The notes: a model not told the origin generated them from the letters alone. Positions 1 to 10,059 are shown, numbered from the stretch's first letter. The stretch: 64,000 nucleotides of DNA from Candidatus Obscuribacteraceae bacterium (GCA_044229845.1 JBGASG010000001.1:800001-864000), one strand, 5' to 3'. Numbers and translations are program-made.

Positions 1-2
1 AT

Positions 3-779
3 CCTTTGCCTGAGGCTAACGTGCCTGTGGAGGTAGCATCGCTCGTGAAAGCGATCAATCTATTGCTCTCGCGCTTGCAGTTTGACATTGAAGGGCACCG
101 CCGTTTTGTTGCCAATGCGGCGCATCAGTTGCGCACACCGCTGGCTGGCATTCAGACCCAAACGGAACTAGCTCTCTCCGAGGACGACGTTCAGTCTCGC
201 CAGGACATTCTGCGCAAGATTCATATCGGCGCCGAGCGAGGCAGCCGTCTTGTTCACCAGCTTTTGACGCTGGCTCGCGTTGACGAGTCTCTCAAAGACG
301 CGTCACAGCGCCAGACCGACAGCGTCGACCTGACGACACTGGTTGCTTCCTGCATCGAAGAGCTTCTGGAGGACGCTCAGGAGAAGAAACTCGAGATAGC
401 CTTCACCTCTTCGGCGGCCGATGACGGACCCGGGCCGGCGGTGAACGGTAGTGCGTTGATGCTGCGCGAGATGCTTCTGAACATCATGGATAACGCCATT
501 CGTTATGCGCAGACGGAAGGGGCGACGGTGGAAGTGGTATTGCGGCGCGCCGGCGATCGCGCGATCGTGGAAGTCTGCGACAACGGCTTCGGCATTCCGG
601 AAGCGGAGCAACCAAGGATCTTCGAGCGCTTCTATCGCGTACTCGGCAGCCCGCCCGGTGGCAGTGGGCTGGGGCTGGCTATCGTGCAGGAGATCGCTGC
701 CGCGCACCAGGGAACTGTGACGCTAGTCAGCACTCCCAGTCAGGGCACGCGTGTTACCGTTACCCTGCCGTGCTCCTGA
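3..779 (+). CDS. Sensor histidine kinase, C-terminal part (5' truncated by window edge)
   Basis: H-box FVANAAHQLRTPL, N-box NIMDNAIRY, G-boxes DNGFGI and GSGLGL. Confidence 0.92.
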   Translation, partial: PLPEANVPVEVASLVKAINLLLSRLQFDIEGHRRFVANAAHQLRTPLAGIQTQTELALSEDDVQSRQDILRKIHIGAERGSRLVHQLLTLARVDESLKDASQRQTDSVDLTTLVASCIEELLEDAQEKKLEIAFTSSAADDGPGPAVNGSALMLREMLLNIMDNAIRYAQTEGATVEVVLRRAGDRAIVEVCDNGFGIPEAEQPRIFERFYRVLGSPPGGSGLGLAIVQEIAAAHQGTVTLVSTPSQGTRVTVTLPCS

Positions 780-887
780 ATTTACCGGCGTCCGTGTGCT
801 GTTTCGCCGCCTTGTGAAAATCAACACTTCTGTTGATCTCAAGAGGCTGCGTTCGCACACGCGAAGCGGTGACGGCAAGAAATCTTG

Positions 888-2006
888 CTACTTGTTGGCG
901 CCGGCGACGCCGAGGAGTTCCTCGGGAACGACGTATTGAACGGCGCGGTTGTTCGTCAATAGTTTCATCGCCAGAGGCACGTCGTTGCGGTTGACCGCGA
1001 TGCGAAGCGTGTGCATGTACTCGGCACCATGGGAGCCCATGACGCTACCGTGCACTTTGTTGATCACACCGCCGATGGCGGCAGGGAAGATTCCGGGTGC
1101 CAACTTGACGATTAAGATAGCCGGGCGCATGTCGCTGGGGATACCAGATGTGGTGGCGCCGGGAGCCGCGCTTTCGGACATCGGTCCAAAGTTGTGGACG
1201 GCGACGTTGGTGCTGGTCGGCGGCCAGTACGTGACTGTAGACGCATTCTCGGAGGCGATCAAGTATGGAGACGCGGCCGGCTTGGCGGCACTGGCGTAAC
1301 TGGCAGGGCCAGCCTGGACTGTGGCAGGCGGCATGCCGGCGCTGGTGCTGGGAGCACCGGGACCGCGGCGCAAAACTCGTTGATTGAACCAGCCGCCGAT
1401 TTTGGCCATCTTGCCGTTGTTCTTCTCTTGAGGCATGGCGACTTCGTAGGCTGGCGCCGGAGTGAGGACCATCGGGTGACCGAGTGCGTTGGAAGAGTTA
1501 GGTGTGATGGCTGCCTGCGGTAGCTTGGGTTCGGACTCTGAGGAATTGACTGGTGCCGTGTTGACGACGGCATTCAGCGGTTGCATGTTGGGAAGGCGCG
1601 GTGCGCTATACGTGGTTGTCGTTGTCGTCGTTGCCGCTGGCGGCACCGACTGTGGTGCCATCGCCAGTTTGGTTGCCTCGTTGTTGACGGCGGCAGCGGC
1701 AGCGACTTTGGCTGCGCCCGCAGGGGGTTTTGAGTGTGTTGCTACCTTGGCTGGCGACTTGGTGCCGGCATGCTTGGTTGTCGGTTGCGAGGTCGCGGTT
1801 GCTGAAGGCAGGGTATTGGTTATGCCGGTGGAGAGCATGGTGTTGCTTCTTTTCGTGGTCATCAGCTTGCCTGGCGACATTATGTGCGCGGCGGCAGCTC
1901 TGGCGGCGATGGTGGCCGGCTTTTCAGGGGCGGCGGCATTGACGGAAGAGCCCACCAATGTGGCTGCTGCCGCGACGAAAGCCGTGAAAAAATATTGGAG
2001 TCGCAT
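888..2006 (-). CDS. Secreted Ala/Pro/Thr-rich protein with C-terminal subtilase-prodomain-like module
   Basis: Signal peptide MRLQYFFTAFVAAAATLVGSSVNA; low-complexity middle; C-terminal LIVKL...AVQYVVPE pattern. Confidence 0.7.
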   Translation of the reverse strand: MRLQYFFTAFVAAAATLVGSSVNAAAPEKPATIAARAAAAHIMSPGKLMTTKRSNTMLSTGITNTLPSATATSQPTTKHAGTKSPAKVATHSKPPAGAAKVAAAAAVNNEATKLAMAPQSVPPAATTTTTTTYSAPRLPNMQPLNAVVNTAPVNSSESEPKLPQAAITPNSSNALGHPMVLTPAPAYEVAMPQEKNNGKMAKIGGWFNQRVLRRGPGAPSTSAGMPPATVQAGPASYASAAKPAASPYLIASENASTVTYWPPTSTNVAVHNFGPMSESAAPGATTSGIPSDMRPAILIVKLAPGIFPAAIGGVINKVHGSVMGSHGAEYMHTLRIAVNRNDVPLAMKLLTNNRAVQYVVPEELLGVAGANK

Positions 2007-2065
2007 AAAAGCTCCGGTCTGGTTAGTAAGGGGTAGACCCAGCAGAACGATCCGATGAGGTGAGC

Positions 2066-2090
2066 TTACGCGTCAATTGTGAAAAAGTTC
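2066..2090 (-). promoter_or_regulatory. Candidate ECF-sigma promoter (GAAC-N16-CGTAA)
   Basis: Minus strand gaactttttcacaattgacgcgtaa, 60 nt upstream of the 888..2006 gene. Confidence 0.45.
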
Positions 2091-2104
2091 TGAAACCAAG
2101 ATCT

Positions 2105-2572
2105 CTATCTAGTATGAACTTTGATCAGGTGCTGGTTTCTGGAGGGTTCAAAGCCCAGTTTTCGATAGAAACTGAGTGCTGACTGATTCTGTTCTGAAAC
2201 CTGTAAGCTAAGCCCCGCGCACTTCTCGCCGAATGCGTCCGCCAACCACGCGAAGAATTTCGTAGCTACCCCACTGCGACGGTAGATTTCATCAACGTAC
2301 AGTTCGTCGATTTCGATGATGTCTCCACCGTATTCGTTGCTCCAGAAGAAAATCAAGATGGCATAGCCGGCCACGAGCCCGTCTGCATCGAAGATTACGA
2401 CCTGTCCTTTGTCAGGTTTTGCTGCTAATTCTTGACACGAAACTTGCACGTTTGGTTGCACGTGCGATACATTTGAATCCTCTAAATACAGTTTGCTGAC
2501 GAGGTTTTGCAGCGATTGCATGTCACAAGTTTTGCACGCTCGAAATGTCAGGGAAGTAATTGGTTCCGCCAT
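2105..2572 (-). CDS. GNAT family N-acetyltransferase
   Basis: IDELYVDEIYRRSGVA acetyl-CoA motif A; N..ALSFYRKLGF motif B. Confidence 0.9.
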   Translation of the reverse strand: MAEPITSLTFRACKTCDMQSLQNLVSKLYLEDSNVSHVQPNVQVSCQELAAKPDKGQVVIFDADGLVAGYAILIFFWSNEYGGDIIEIDELYVDEIYRRSGVATKFFAWLADAFGEKCAGLSLQVSEQNQSALSFYRKLGFEPSRNQHLIKVHTR

Positions 2573-2621
2573 TGTCTCGCTCTCGGCGCGGGGACTTCGT
2601 AAGTTTACCAGTCCTCAGACG

Positions 2622-3409
2622 GTGGCACTATATCTGGTTGCAGGCTGCATCGTCAGCGGTAGCGGTATTCCGTCCGGCGCGGCTGTCGAATCTGCTGCGC
2701 GAGTGGAGGAAACGCCCGACTTGATGCAATCAGAATCACGGGCGGGGCTGCCCTTCGAAGGTGCGCCGTATTGTGGACCGGTGGCTGCTTCCAACTCGCT
2801 GATTTATCTGAGCAAGCACGGCTATCCTCGTTTGACGGCAGTCAGTTTGCCTGATGCACGAGCGCAAGGTGAGCTGAGTTTGCAGCTTTCGAAGTTGATG
2901 AAGACAACTCGCCTCGGTGGCACGACACCTGATGGTTTTATGGTTGGACTGCGCAAGTATGTCGGTGAGCGCGGGTATGTTGTGGACTCATTGCAGTACC
3001 AGGGTGGGAGCACCTCGATCACGGTGTGGCACTTGCGACGTTGCCGCAGTTAGCGTTCGTCCACAAGGGACTGGCTGACGACAAGTCGGCGGTCTGGCTC
3101 AAAATCGGCTGGTATCGATATCTCCCGAATCAGGATAAGTACATCCGTTTTGCCGGGCACTGGGTGGCGGTCGTAGGCAGCGAAGGTGACGCACTGATTG
3201 TGCATGACCCGGCGCCACGCAGCGGTTCGGCTGCCAGCCACGATCGCGTCGTGCCCGCTGAGATCGTGCATGGCAAAATCCAGACCGGGTACGAGGGCGC
3301 CAGGACCATGGATGCGCACGGCTACTACAAGCTGGGTGGCGGTTTAAAGATCAAGCAACGCGCCGACTTTGGGATTCTCGACGGGGCAGTGGTGCTGCGC
3401 CTAAAGTGA
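2622..3409 (+). pseudogene. Papain-like (C39-type) cysteine peptidase split by a 1-nt frameshift; start uncertain
   Basis: Catalytic Cys (Q...YCGPVAASN) in ORF 2493..3053; His and Asp (GHWVAVVG...LIVHDP) in ORF 3026..3409; one added base at about 3002-3005 joins the frames. Confidence 0.7.
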
Positions 3410-4333
3410 AGTCGGTTTTGGTTGGCTGGCAAGGGCCAACAGTCCGGCGCCGATCGCTCCGGCGTCCTGTCCCAACTTGGCTGGTACGATTTTGACGAAG
3501 TTGCGTGATGCCGGCAGAGTTTTTGCAGCTACCAGTGCGTGAATGTTCTCGAACACTTCGGGAGCGTGCGACAAACCACCCCCGATGGCGATTGTGTCGG
3601 GATTGTAGAAAGTGACCAGATTCGCCAGTCCTGTGGACAGGTCATCGAGATAACCGGCGAATGCGCTGCGTGCTTCGGCATGTCCCTGGCGGAATTTGTC
3701 CATCACCTGAGCGGCATTCTCGGCGCCGCTGCCGCCGCGTTTCTGATAATGTCGCACCAGCCCCTGAGCCGATGCGTGCATTTCGAAGCAACCGCTTTTG
3801 CCGCAAACACAGGGAAAGCCGCTCTCGCCGCCGTGTATGGTGTGATGTCCGAAGTCGCCGGCATCGAATGTGGCACCATCGAAAAGCTTGCCGTCGACAA
3901 TCAGTGCGCCACCAATGCCGGTGCCAAGGGTGAGGAGCGCGAAGATGCTTGAGTGGCGTCCGCTGCCCAGTCGAGACTCGGCGAGTGCGGCACAGCGACC
4001 GTCGTTGCGCATGATCACAGGCAGTTGCAATTGCGTCTCGAAAAGTTTGCCAATCTCGATGCGTCCCCATGGAAAGCTTGGCAAATAGCGTGTACTGCCG
4101 TCGCGCGGATCGACGTTGCCGGGGATACCAAGTCCCAGTGCCTGTATTTTGGATGTGCTATCGGGAACAGCTGCGATCACCGACCTGGCAGATTCGAGCA
4201 TGGCGGCGAAGACTGTATCGAAGTCGTGTTGCACCACCGGGCTGCCGCTGCGCGCCAGGACAGCGCCGCTTTCGTCTACCATCACGGCGGTGATGTGGCT
4301 GCCACCAAGATCAATTCCAATCGCCAGTTGCAC
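3401..4333 (-). CDS. ROK family sugar kinase (glucokinase-like)
   Basis: GIDLGGS, ND, TLGTGIGG, and GH...CxCGxxGCxE zinc motif. Confidence 0.92.
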   Translation of the reverse strand: MQLAIGIDLGGSHITAVMVDESGAVLARSGSPVVQHDFDTVFAAMLESARSVIAAVPDSTSKIQALGLGIPGNVDPRDGSTRYLPSFPWGRIEIGKLFETQLQLPVIMRNDGRCAALAESRLGSGRHSSIFALLTLGTGIGGALIVDGKLFDGATFDAGDFGHHTIHGGESGFPCVCGKSGCFEMHASAQGLVRHYQKRGGSGAENAAQVMDKFRQGHAEARSAFAGYLDDLSTGLANLVTFYNPDTIAIGGGLSHAPEVFENIHALVAAKTLPASRNFVKIVPAKLGQDAGAIGAGLLALASQPKPTSL

Positions 4334-4356
4334 GGCGCTATTTTAGCACCGGCTGT

Positions 4357-5934
4357 CTACTTCCGAATGAGATGGATCGGCACGGACTGAATGCCGGCCT
4401 TCTCGGCATCTAGCTCCTGCAGTTTCTTACTGATCGCGGCCGCCGCTTCGTCATTGCCCATGCGTTTGAGGCACTCAGCCAGGCGTGACAAAACCAGTCG
4501 AAACTGGGGTGTGTTGGGATTGCCTTCCTTCTCGTAATCTTTGCAGGCCGCCCGCAAATCGTCGACTGCTTGCTGGGTGTAATAGACATTCTCGCCCCGG
4601 TGGAAATGGGCTTCGCCTGCGGCTGCCATCGCTTGAGCGTGCGGCAATCTGGACGGCAAATCGGCGACCAGTTTTCCGGCCTGTTCGTATGCCGTGGCTG
4701 CTGCATCATACTCATTGCTGCGCATGAAATGATGTCCCAGCTCGATGCGATATTTGAATCTCAACAGGGGGTCTACACCTTGAGTTTCTTCCACTGTGTC
4801 GATCAAATCTTTGATGGTGTTCTCAGCCTGCTCGAAGTGGTAATGACTGGGTTCACCGATGCCACGAGCATCGAGTTTTTGTGCTTCAGCGACGGCGGTG
4901 TCCCAGTGGGCGATACCGCTTTTAGTATCGCCGCTCTCGAAAAGAACTTTGCCTGCCACCACAGTCTTGTGGGTGACCGGCGTGAAGTATTGCGGATTGC
5001 ACATGATCGCCACGATAAAGGCGACAATGACGCCGACCAGCACCAGTGAGGCGTTGTTCTGACGCTTGGTCTTGTCGGTCAGCACTCTTCTGCCAAGCGG
5101 ATCGAGTCGCAGCAGGAGGGTGAACATAGTTTTGGTGACGAACGACACGATCAAAAACAAGAGGAGCGCCGCGCGCAAAGGTGGTATCACCCAGAAGAAC
5201 CAGTACAATGCCGTGCGCATGTGACCGCTGGTTTCTTGCAATTGCAGCGAACTCATGAGCAGCATGTGATAGATGGGGTTACGTGCCTTCAGCGCTTCCA
5301 CGACGCCTTCGTATGCCCAGTCGGAATTTGGATTGAGCCGCAACGCCTCCTTGAAGTGATCGATGGCTTCATTGATACGTCCGCGCCGCACCGCTACCCA
5401 GCCCATATTGCTGTGCGTCATCGAGTCTTCAGGATCGAGTCGCAGGGCAAACTCCAGCGATTCCTCAGCCTCGGCGAATCGATTGAGGCGCACGAGCACC
5501 TGGGCTCTGGTGTTGATGCAATTCACATCTTCGGGATCGCTCTGCAGTCCCGCTTCGGCATACTTCAGTGCTTCCTTCCAGTTTTCTTTAACGACCTGCA
5601 CATCGGCGGCATGCGTCAGGTAAGTCGAGGAAGTCGGGTCGATGCGCAAGGCTTCTTTGATGGTTTTTTCGGCGTCGCCGGTGCGGTTGCACGCCAGTTG
5701 CGACAGGCTGAGAATGTAGTAGGGATAAGCAAGTTCCGGAGCAATTTTGATGGCCGCTTCGGCTTCTTTGACTCCCTTGTCTGCCTGTCCCTGCGCGGAC
5801 AGAGACGCCGCCAGCATCGCGTGTGCCAGCGGTGCGTTGGGATCTTCGGACAGCGCTTTGCGGAATTCAGTTTCAGCTAAGTCGTAGCGACGTTGCTGGT
5901 AGAGAAGGCGACCCTTTTCGTAGTGTGCGCTCAC
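4357..5934 (-). CDS. TPR-repeat protein with central transmembrane segments
   Basis: About 6 N-terminal TPRs, hydrophobic segments near residues 240-312, further helical repeats; GTG start overlaps the AAA gene stop (GTGA). Confidence 0.85.
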   Translation of the reverse strand: MSAHYEKGRLLYQQRRYDLAETEFRKALSEDPNAPLAHAMLAASLSAQGQADKGVKEAEAAIKIAPELAYPYYILSLSQLACNRTGDAEKTIKEALRIDPTSSTYLTHAADVQVVKENWKEALKYAEAGLQSDPEDVNCINTRAQVLVRLNRFAEAEESLEFALRLDPEDSMTHSNMGWVAVRRGRINEAIDHFKEALRLNPNSDWAYEGVVEALKARNPIYHMLLMSSLQLQETSGHMRTALYWFFWVIPPLRAALLLFLIVSFVTKTMFTLLLRLDPLGRRVLTDKTKRQNNASLVLVGVIVAFIVAIMCNPQYFTPVTHKTVVAGKVLFESGDTKSGIAHWDTAVAEAQKLDARGIGEPSHYHFEQAENTIKDLIDTVEETQGVDPLLRFKYRIELGHHFMRSNEYDAAATAYEQAGKLVADLPSRLPHAQAMAAAGEAHFHRGENVYYTQQAVDDLRAACKDYEKEGNPNTPQFRLVLSRLAECLKRMGNDEAAAAISKKLQELDAEKAGIQSVPIHLIRK

Positions 5935-7277
5935 TGAATCTTGAGATACTTGAGAATATCGTCGTAGAGCCCGCCTTCATTGGAATACACGGCGTAGTTG
6001 CGCGCAGTGGCAAACCAATCGCTGGTCGACGGCTTGACGTTTTTCAACGAACCTTCCAGGTCTTTGGTGGTGATCGGCTTAGGTGTGCCGGTCTTCATGG
6101 CCTCGGCGATCTTCTTCTCGACGGTCTGTTCGACGAGCGCCTTCAGGTCCGCTCCCGAAAACTTGTCGGTCTTCTTGCCCATCAATTCGAAATCGATGTT
6201 TTCCATCGGTTTGCCTTTCAGCAAAATACGCAAAATGGATGCGCGCGCCGGTGCATCCGGTGGTGGTACAAATATGATGCGGTCGAAGCGTCCCGGTCGT
6301 CTGAAAGCTGAGTCGACGTGCCAGGGGGCGTTGGTGGCGGCGAGGATCAACAGACCTTCATTGTCCGTATCAACACCATCCAGTTCGTTCAAGAATTGGT
6401 TGATGATGTGCCTGCCGCCTGCCTGCCGCATGTCCGCCCGGCTGGCCGCCAGCGCATCGACTTCGTCGAAGAACACAACGCACGGCTTATTCAGGCGGGC
6501 GGTCTCGAAAATCTCGTGCAAGTTGCGTTCGCTGCTGCCGATCCACATATCGAGAACGTGGTGCAGTCCAACTGAAATGAATTTGGCATTGATTTCGCCG
6601 GCGGTGGCTTTGGCTAAATAAGTTTTGCCGCAACCCGGCGGACCGTACATCAGGATGCCGCCGCCGATTTTTTGTCCGTAGGCTTTGAAGGTCTCGGCAT
6701 GAGTGAGTGGATGAATGATCTTCATCTGCACTTGTTCTTTGACTTCGCTCATGCCGCCGACGTCGGCGAATTTGATGTCGCTGAATTCAATCAGGTGCGA
6801 TTTGTCGTCATCGTCCGCGTCCGGGTCTGCTGCATGGCGTACTTTGCCGTCGATCACCGCAGAGCGTTCGTCGGCGCCGATGCCCAGCTGTTCTGACAGC
6901 CCAGCGTCAGCCACCGAGGCGTCTTTTTCGATGCCGTGTTTGTACTGGTCGACGGCTTTTTTGATTTGTCCTTCGTTGAGCAGAAGACGCGCGTACAAAA
7001 TATGAGTTTTGGCTGGTGCGGCCGGTCGCTTGACGAGATCTTCCACCAGCACGCATGACTTGTCGTACTTGCCGCCCTGGAAACAGGCTTGAGCAAGAGC
7101 CAGCATGATTTTGTCATCGTTGGGAGCGCGGGTGAGCGCCGCCGTGTATTCGGCCTCAGCTTCTTCGAACCTTCCGACCGAGAGAAGCGCATCTGCAAGC
7201 AGCATGCGCAACGGGACGTTCTCCGGTGAGAGCTTGATGGCCTGGACCAGACCATCGATGGTTTCTTGATTTGAAAT
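5931..7277 (-). CDS. TPR + AAA ATPase; start probably upstream of the 7211 TTG, possibly ATT at 7277
   Basis: Walker A GPPGCGKT, Walker B VVFFDE, second region of homology ATNAPWHVDSAFRRPGRFD; N-terminal TPRs. Confidence 0.88.
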   Translation of the reverse strand: MSNQETIDGLVQAIKLSPENVPLRMLLADALLSVGRFEEAEAEYTAALTRAPNDDKIMLALAQACFQGGKYDKSCVLVEDLVKRPAAPAKTHILYARLLLNEGQIKKAVDQYKHGIEKDASVADAGLSEQLGIGADERSAVIDGKVRHAADPDADDDDKSHLIEFSDIKFADVGGMSEVKEQVQMKIIHPLTHAETFKAYGQKIGGGILMYGPPGCGKTYLAKATAGEINAKFISVGLHHVLDMWIGSSERNLHEIFETARLNKPCVVFFDEVDALAASRADMRQAGGRHIINQFLNELDGVDTDNEGLLILAATNAPWHVDSAFRRPGRFDRIIFVPPPDAPARASILRILLKGKPMENIDFELMGKKTDKFSGADLKALVEQTVEKKIAEAMKTGTPKPITTKDLEGSLKNVKPSTSDWFATARNYAVYSNEGGLYDDILKYLKIQ

Positions 7278-7395
7278 AACAGGCTCGCTTTTTTCAGAGG
7301 TAGCAGTGAACTGTACCTATTTATGCCACCTGGTTAAAGGAAGAAACGTTTGGCATTTAACAACTTGTACAAAGCCGTGGACTGCGCCTTTTCGG

Positions 7396-8079
7396 CTACT
7401 CGCCCGGAGTCGGCGATGGTGTTCGCGCTGCTGTCAAGGCGACGCCAACTAGCCACACAGAGAGGGCTGGGAAGAGGGCGGCGTTCAATACGATTTGCAG
7501 TAGGAGCGAGTCGACCAGGCAGGAAACGGTCTCCAGCACCCCCAGAATACCAACCGAAACGGCTGCCAGGTTGACCCAGCGGGGGTAGAGCGTGCGAGTC
7601 GGAATAGCACACAGCAAGGTGGCGACTGTGTAGCCCAGATTTCCGGCTGCGCCACTCATCATGATCAATTGCTTGTAGTAGCTGTCGAAGTGTTGCTCGG
7701 CAGATGGAAGTTGCTGCAGTGCAGCTTGAGCTGCATCAGGAAGGAGGGTGACGGCGTAGATCTGTCCATTCAGGTCGAAACCCATGCCGATCAGGCAGGC
7801 GAATATGGCCGCCTGCAGCAGTTGTGGAGACTGTACCTCGGTCTTGTGAGCTTGCCTGAAACAAACAATGACAGCAAATATGCTGAGTGATGCGGCGGTC
7901 CATGGAAGCCAGGCAGCCAACCACAATGCGCGATGTGAGGCGATAAATTCGATGCGACTGTGCACATCCGGGTTGACCGCCAGCCCGTTGCGCAAGATCA
8001 GTGCCATTGTGCCGTTGGCGATCAAATGAATCGCGAAGCCAACCCAGGCAGCGATCGAAAGTCTGCTTCGCCAGGTCAT
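7396..8079 (-). CDS. Polytopic membrane protein (DUF4386-like)
   Basis: About 6 hydrophobic helices; ATGA overlap with upstream oxidoreductase. Confidence 0.7.
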   Translation of the reverse strand: MTWRSRLSIAAWVGFAIHLIANGTMALILRNGLAVNPDVHSRIEFIASHRALWLAAWLPWTAASLSIFAVIVCFRQAHKTEVQSPQLLQAAIFACLIGMGFDLNGQIYAVTLLPDAAQAALQQLPSAEQHFDSYYKQLIMMSGAAGNLGYTVATLLCAIPTRTLYPRWVNLAAVSVGILGVLETVSCLVDSLLLQIVLNAALFPALSVWLVGVALTAARTPSPTPGE

Positions 8080-9218
8080 CTGGAAGTTTCCCCACAGTCT
8101 TCAACCGTCAGGCGGTAGCTGCGTTTGGCGCATTCAGCGACCAGTTGCTCGGCGCTCAACCAGGTATTGTAGGGCACTGGCCCGGCAAATGTCAGGGCGG
8201 CATCCTGATTGCCGTTCACCAGTTGCGATACCATCGCCACCGCCGGCATGACGGGAATGTTTTGACCGGTCGTGTCGGCTATCAAACAATGACGCACCCC
8301 CAGGCGACGACCGTCTTTTTTGCCGTGCACCTCGACGCCCACGGCACCGCTATCGGTGCCGAGAAACCCGAACGTGGACATGCCGAATTGGAGGGTATCT
8401 TGGAAAGGTAGCCACGATTTGACGATGCCTATTTTGGAGAGTTGCGTTAGCATCGAGAGACCATGGTTGAAGAGATCGACTTCGGCGCCGGCACGAAACT
8501 CCACAGTTTGCGCTGAGAAGATTTGCGGTAAGAGAAAGTGATCCGGAACATCAATGAGATAGCCGGCGCGCGCCCCGACCGGTTGCGGAAAACGGAATAT
8601 GCGGCGGTGCGACCAGCCCTGGACGTTCTGCCACCTACCGCCTTGCATGACATCGAAGCGGCGGTCCAGTGAACTGAGCAACGATGCCACCGTGCCTGGT
8701 GCACGCGGCGATCGGTTGCCCGGTGCGATCTGGATGTGAATTTCATCGATGGTGTGAAAACGCTCGCGTACCGTTTCTACAAGCACAGCCGACAAAGCCG
8801 GCACCGTCGACCATCCGGAGCAGACAGCCGACCGCGGCGTGCACTGTGACGTCAGGGCAAGGGCGGTGGAGACGAATGGGCGGTCATCCGCCATGTCTAT
8901 ATAATGGACGCCGCGAGCCAGACATGCTTCCAGCAGAAAGTGAGGAATCGCCTGAAAGGGGCCGGCAGCGCACACAGCTATATCGATTTCGTCAAGCGCT
9001 GCAGATACCGAGTCCTGGCGATCCAGATGCAACTCGACCACCGAGAGACGCGAGTCGTGCTTTGAGTGAGTTTCGTGCAGGGAGCGCAGCGCATTCAAAT
9101 TGCGACCAGCCAGCACCACTCGACAGGCGGTGAAGGCAAGCAGTTCATCGACCATTATGCGGCCGAAGTAGCCGGCGGCACCGGCTACCAGAACCTTTGC
9201 CGAGGTGGGTGCCACCAT
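8076..9218 (-). CDS. Saccharopine dehydrogenase-like NAD(P)-binding oxidoreductase
   Basis: GAAGYFG Rossmann motif, LAGRN, CAAGPF, GVHYID. Confidence 0.85.
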   Translation of the reverse strand: MVAPTSAKVLVAGAAGYFGRIMVDELLAFTACRVVLAGRNLNALRSLHETHSKHDSRLSVVELHLDRQDSVSAALDEIDIAVCAAGPFQAIPHFLLEACLARGVHYIDMADDRPFVSTALALTSQCTPRSAVCSGWSTVPALSAVLVETVRERFHTIDEIHIQIAPGNRSPRAPGTVASLLSSLDRRFDVMQGGRWQNVQGWSHRRIFRFPQPVGARAGYLIDVPDHFLLPQIFSAQTVEFRAGAEVDLFNHGLSMLTQLSKIGIVKSWLPFQDTLQFGMSTFGFLGTDSGAVGVEVHGKKDGRRLGVRHCLIADTTGQNIPVMPAVAMVSQLVNGNQDAALTFAGPVPYNTWLSAEQLVAECAKRSYRLTVEDCGETSR

Positions 9219-9225
9219 CGCCGGT

Positions 9226-10059
9226 TTATTGGAACTGTCCGATGTTGTTGTAGTTGCCGTAATTGGAGACGGCAGGCATGGGCGCCTTAACCCACATTAC
9301 CGTGTTGTGGTTGCCCGGTGTGTCGATGCCGCTGGCGCGTTCGACCTGGACATTGTTGTGGTTGCCGGTGATGGACAGTTGTTTGCAGTGACCTGTGAGC
9401 ACCAGGTTGCAGTGATTGGAGGATATGGAAACAATCGAGTTATTGCAGAAAAAGGTGCCCGAATGGTGATCGTCGGTAATCGCCCAGATCGGCGGGGTCG
9501 GTTGCGCATTGCCTGTGTTGACGATGGTTTCGGTCGTGGAGGTATTGGTGGTGACACTGGTGCGTGCGCCGCCGCCACCACTTCCGCCACCGGAAAGATT
9601 GACTCCCATGGCGACGGCCAGCGATTGCACGCGCGCGATGTTCGAGCCGGTGCCGGTATGACCGAGATTGTCCATCTCCAATTTTTGGATGCGTTGAATG
9701 ATCGGAGCGCTTTCGTTTGCTTTGCCGTACGCCGACATCTCCAGCTTGGCGAGAGCGCTCTTCAAATTGAAGCCCGTGGCAGTGGTGGTTGTGGTGCGCA
9801 CGCTGGTTCCGCCACTGCCGACCCGCGTCGTCGTCACCGTCGTCGACTTGACCTTGGAGGGCGGCGTCGAGTTGACTTTGATGCCCCCAGGCGTAATCTG
9901 AACGTTGGAATGCTTGCCGGTGTTGGAGTGGACATTGATGCCGCCCGGTCCGATCTGAACCGTGCTGCCGTCCTCGCCCTGAATATTTAGTTGGGCCATG
10001 GCAGTGGGAATTGAGATAAGCGCTGTAGCGCAGAGAATGGAAACCGCCAACTGTTTCAT
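9226..10059 (-). CDS. Secreted protein with C-terminal DUF3060-like beta-repeat
   Basis: Signal peptide MKQLAVSILCATALISIPTAMA; GHCKQLSITGNHNNVQV...GNHNTV.W repeats. Confidence 0.7.
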   Translation of the reverse strand: MKQLAVSILCATALISIPTAMAQLNIQGEDGSTVQIGPGGINVHSNTGKHSNVQITPGGIKVNSTPPSKVKSTTVTTTRVGSGGTSVRTTTTTATGFNLKSALAKLEMSAYGKANESAPIIQRIQKLEMDNLGHTGTGSNIARVQSLAVAMGVNLSGGGSGGGGARTSVTTNTSTTETIVNTGNAQPTPPIWAITDDHHSGTFFCNNSIVSISSNHCNLVLTGHCKQLSITGNHNNVQVERASGIDTPGNHNTVMWVKAPMPAVSNYGNYNNIGQFQ

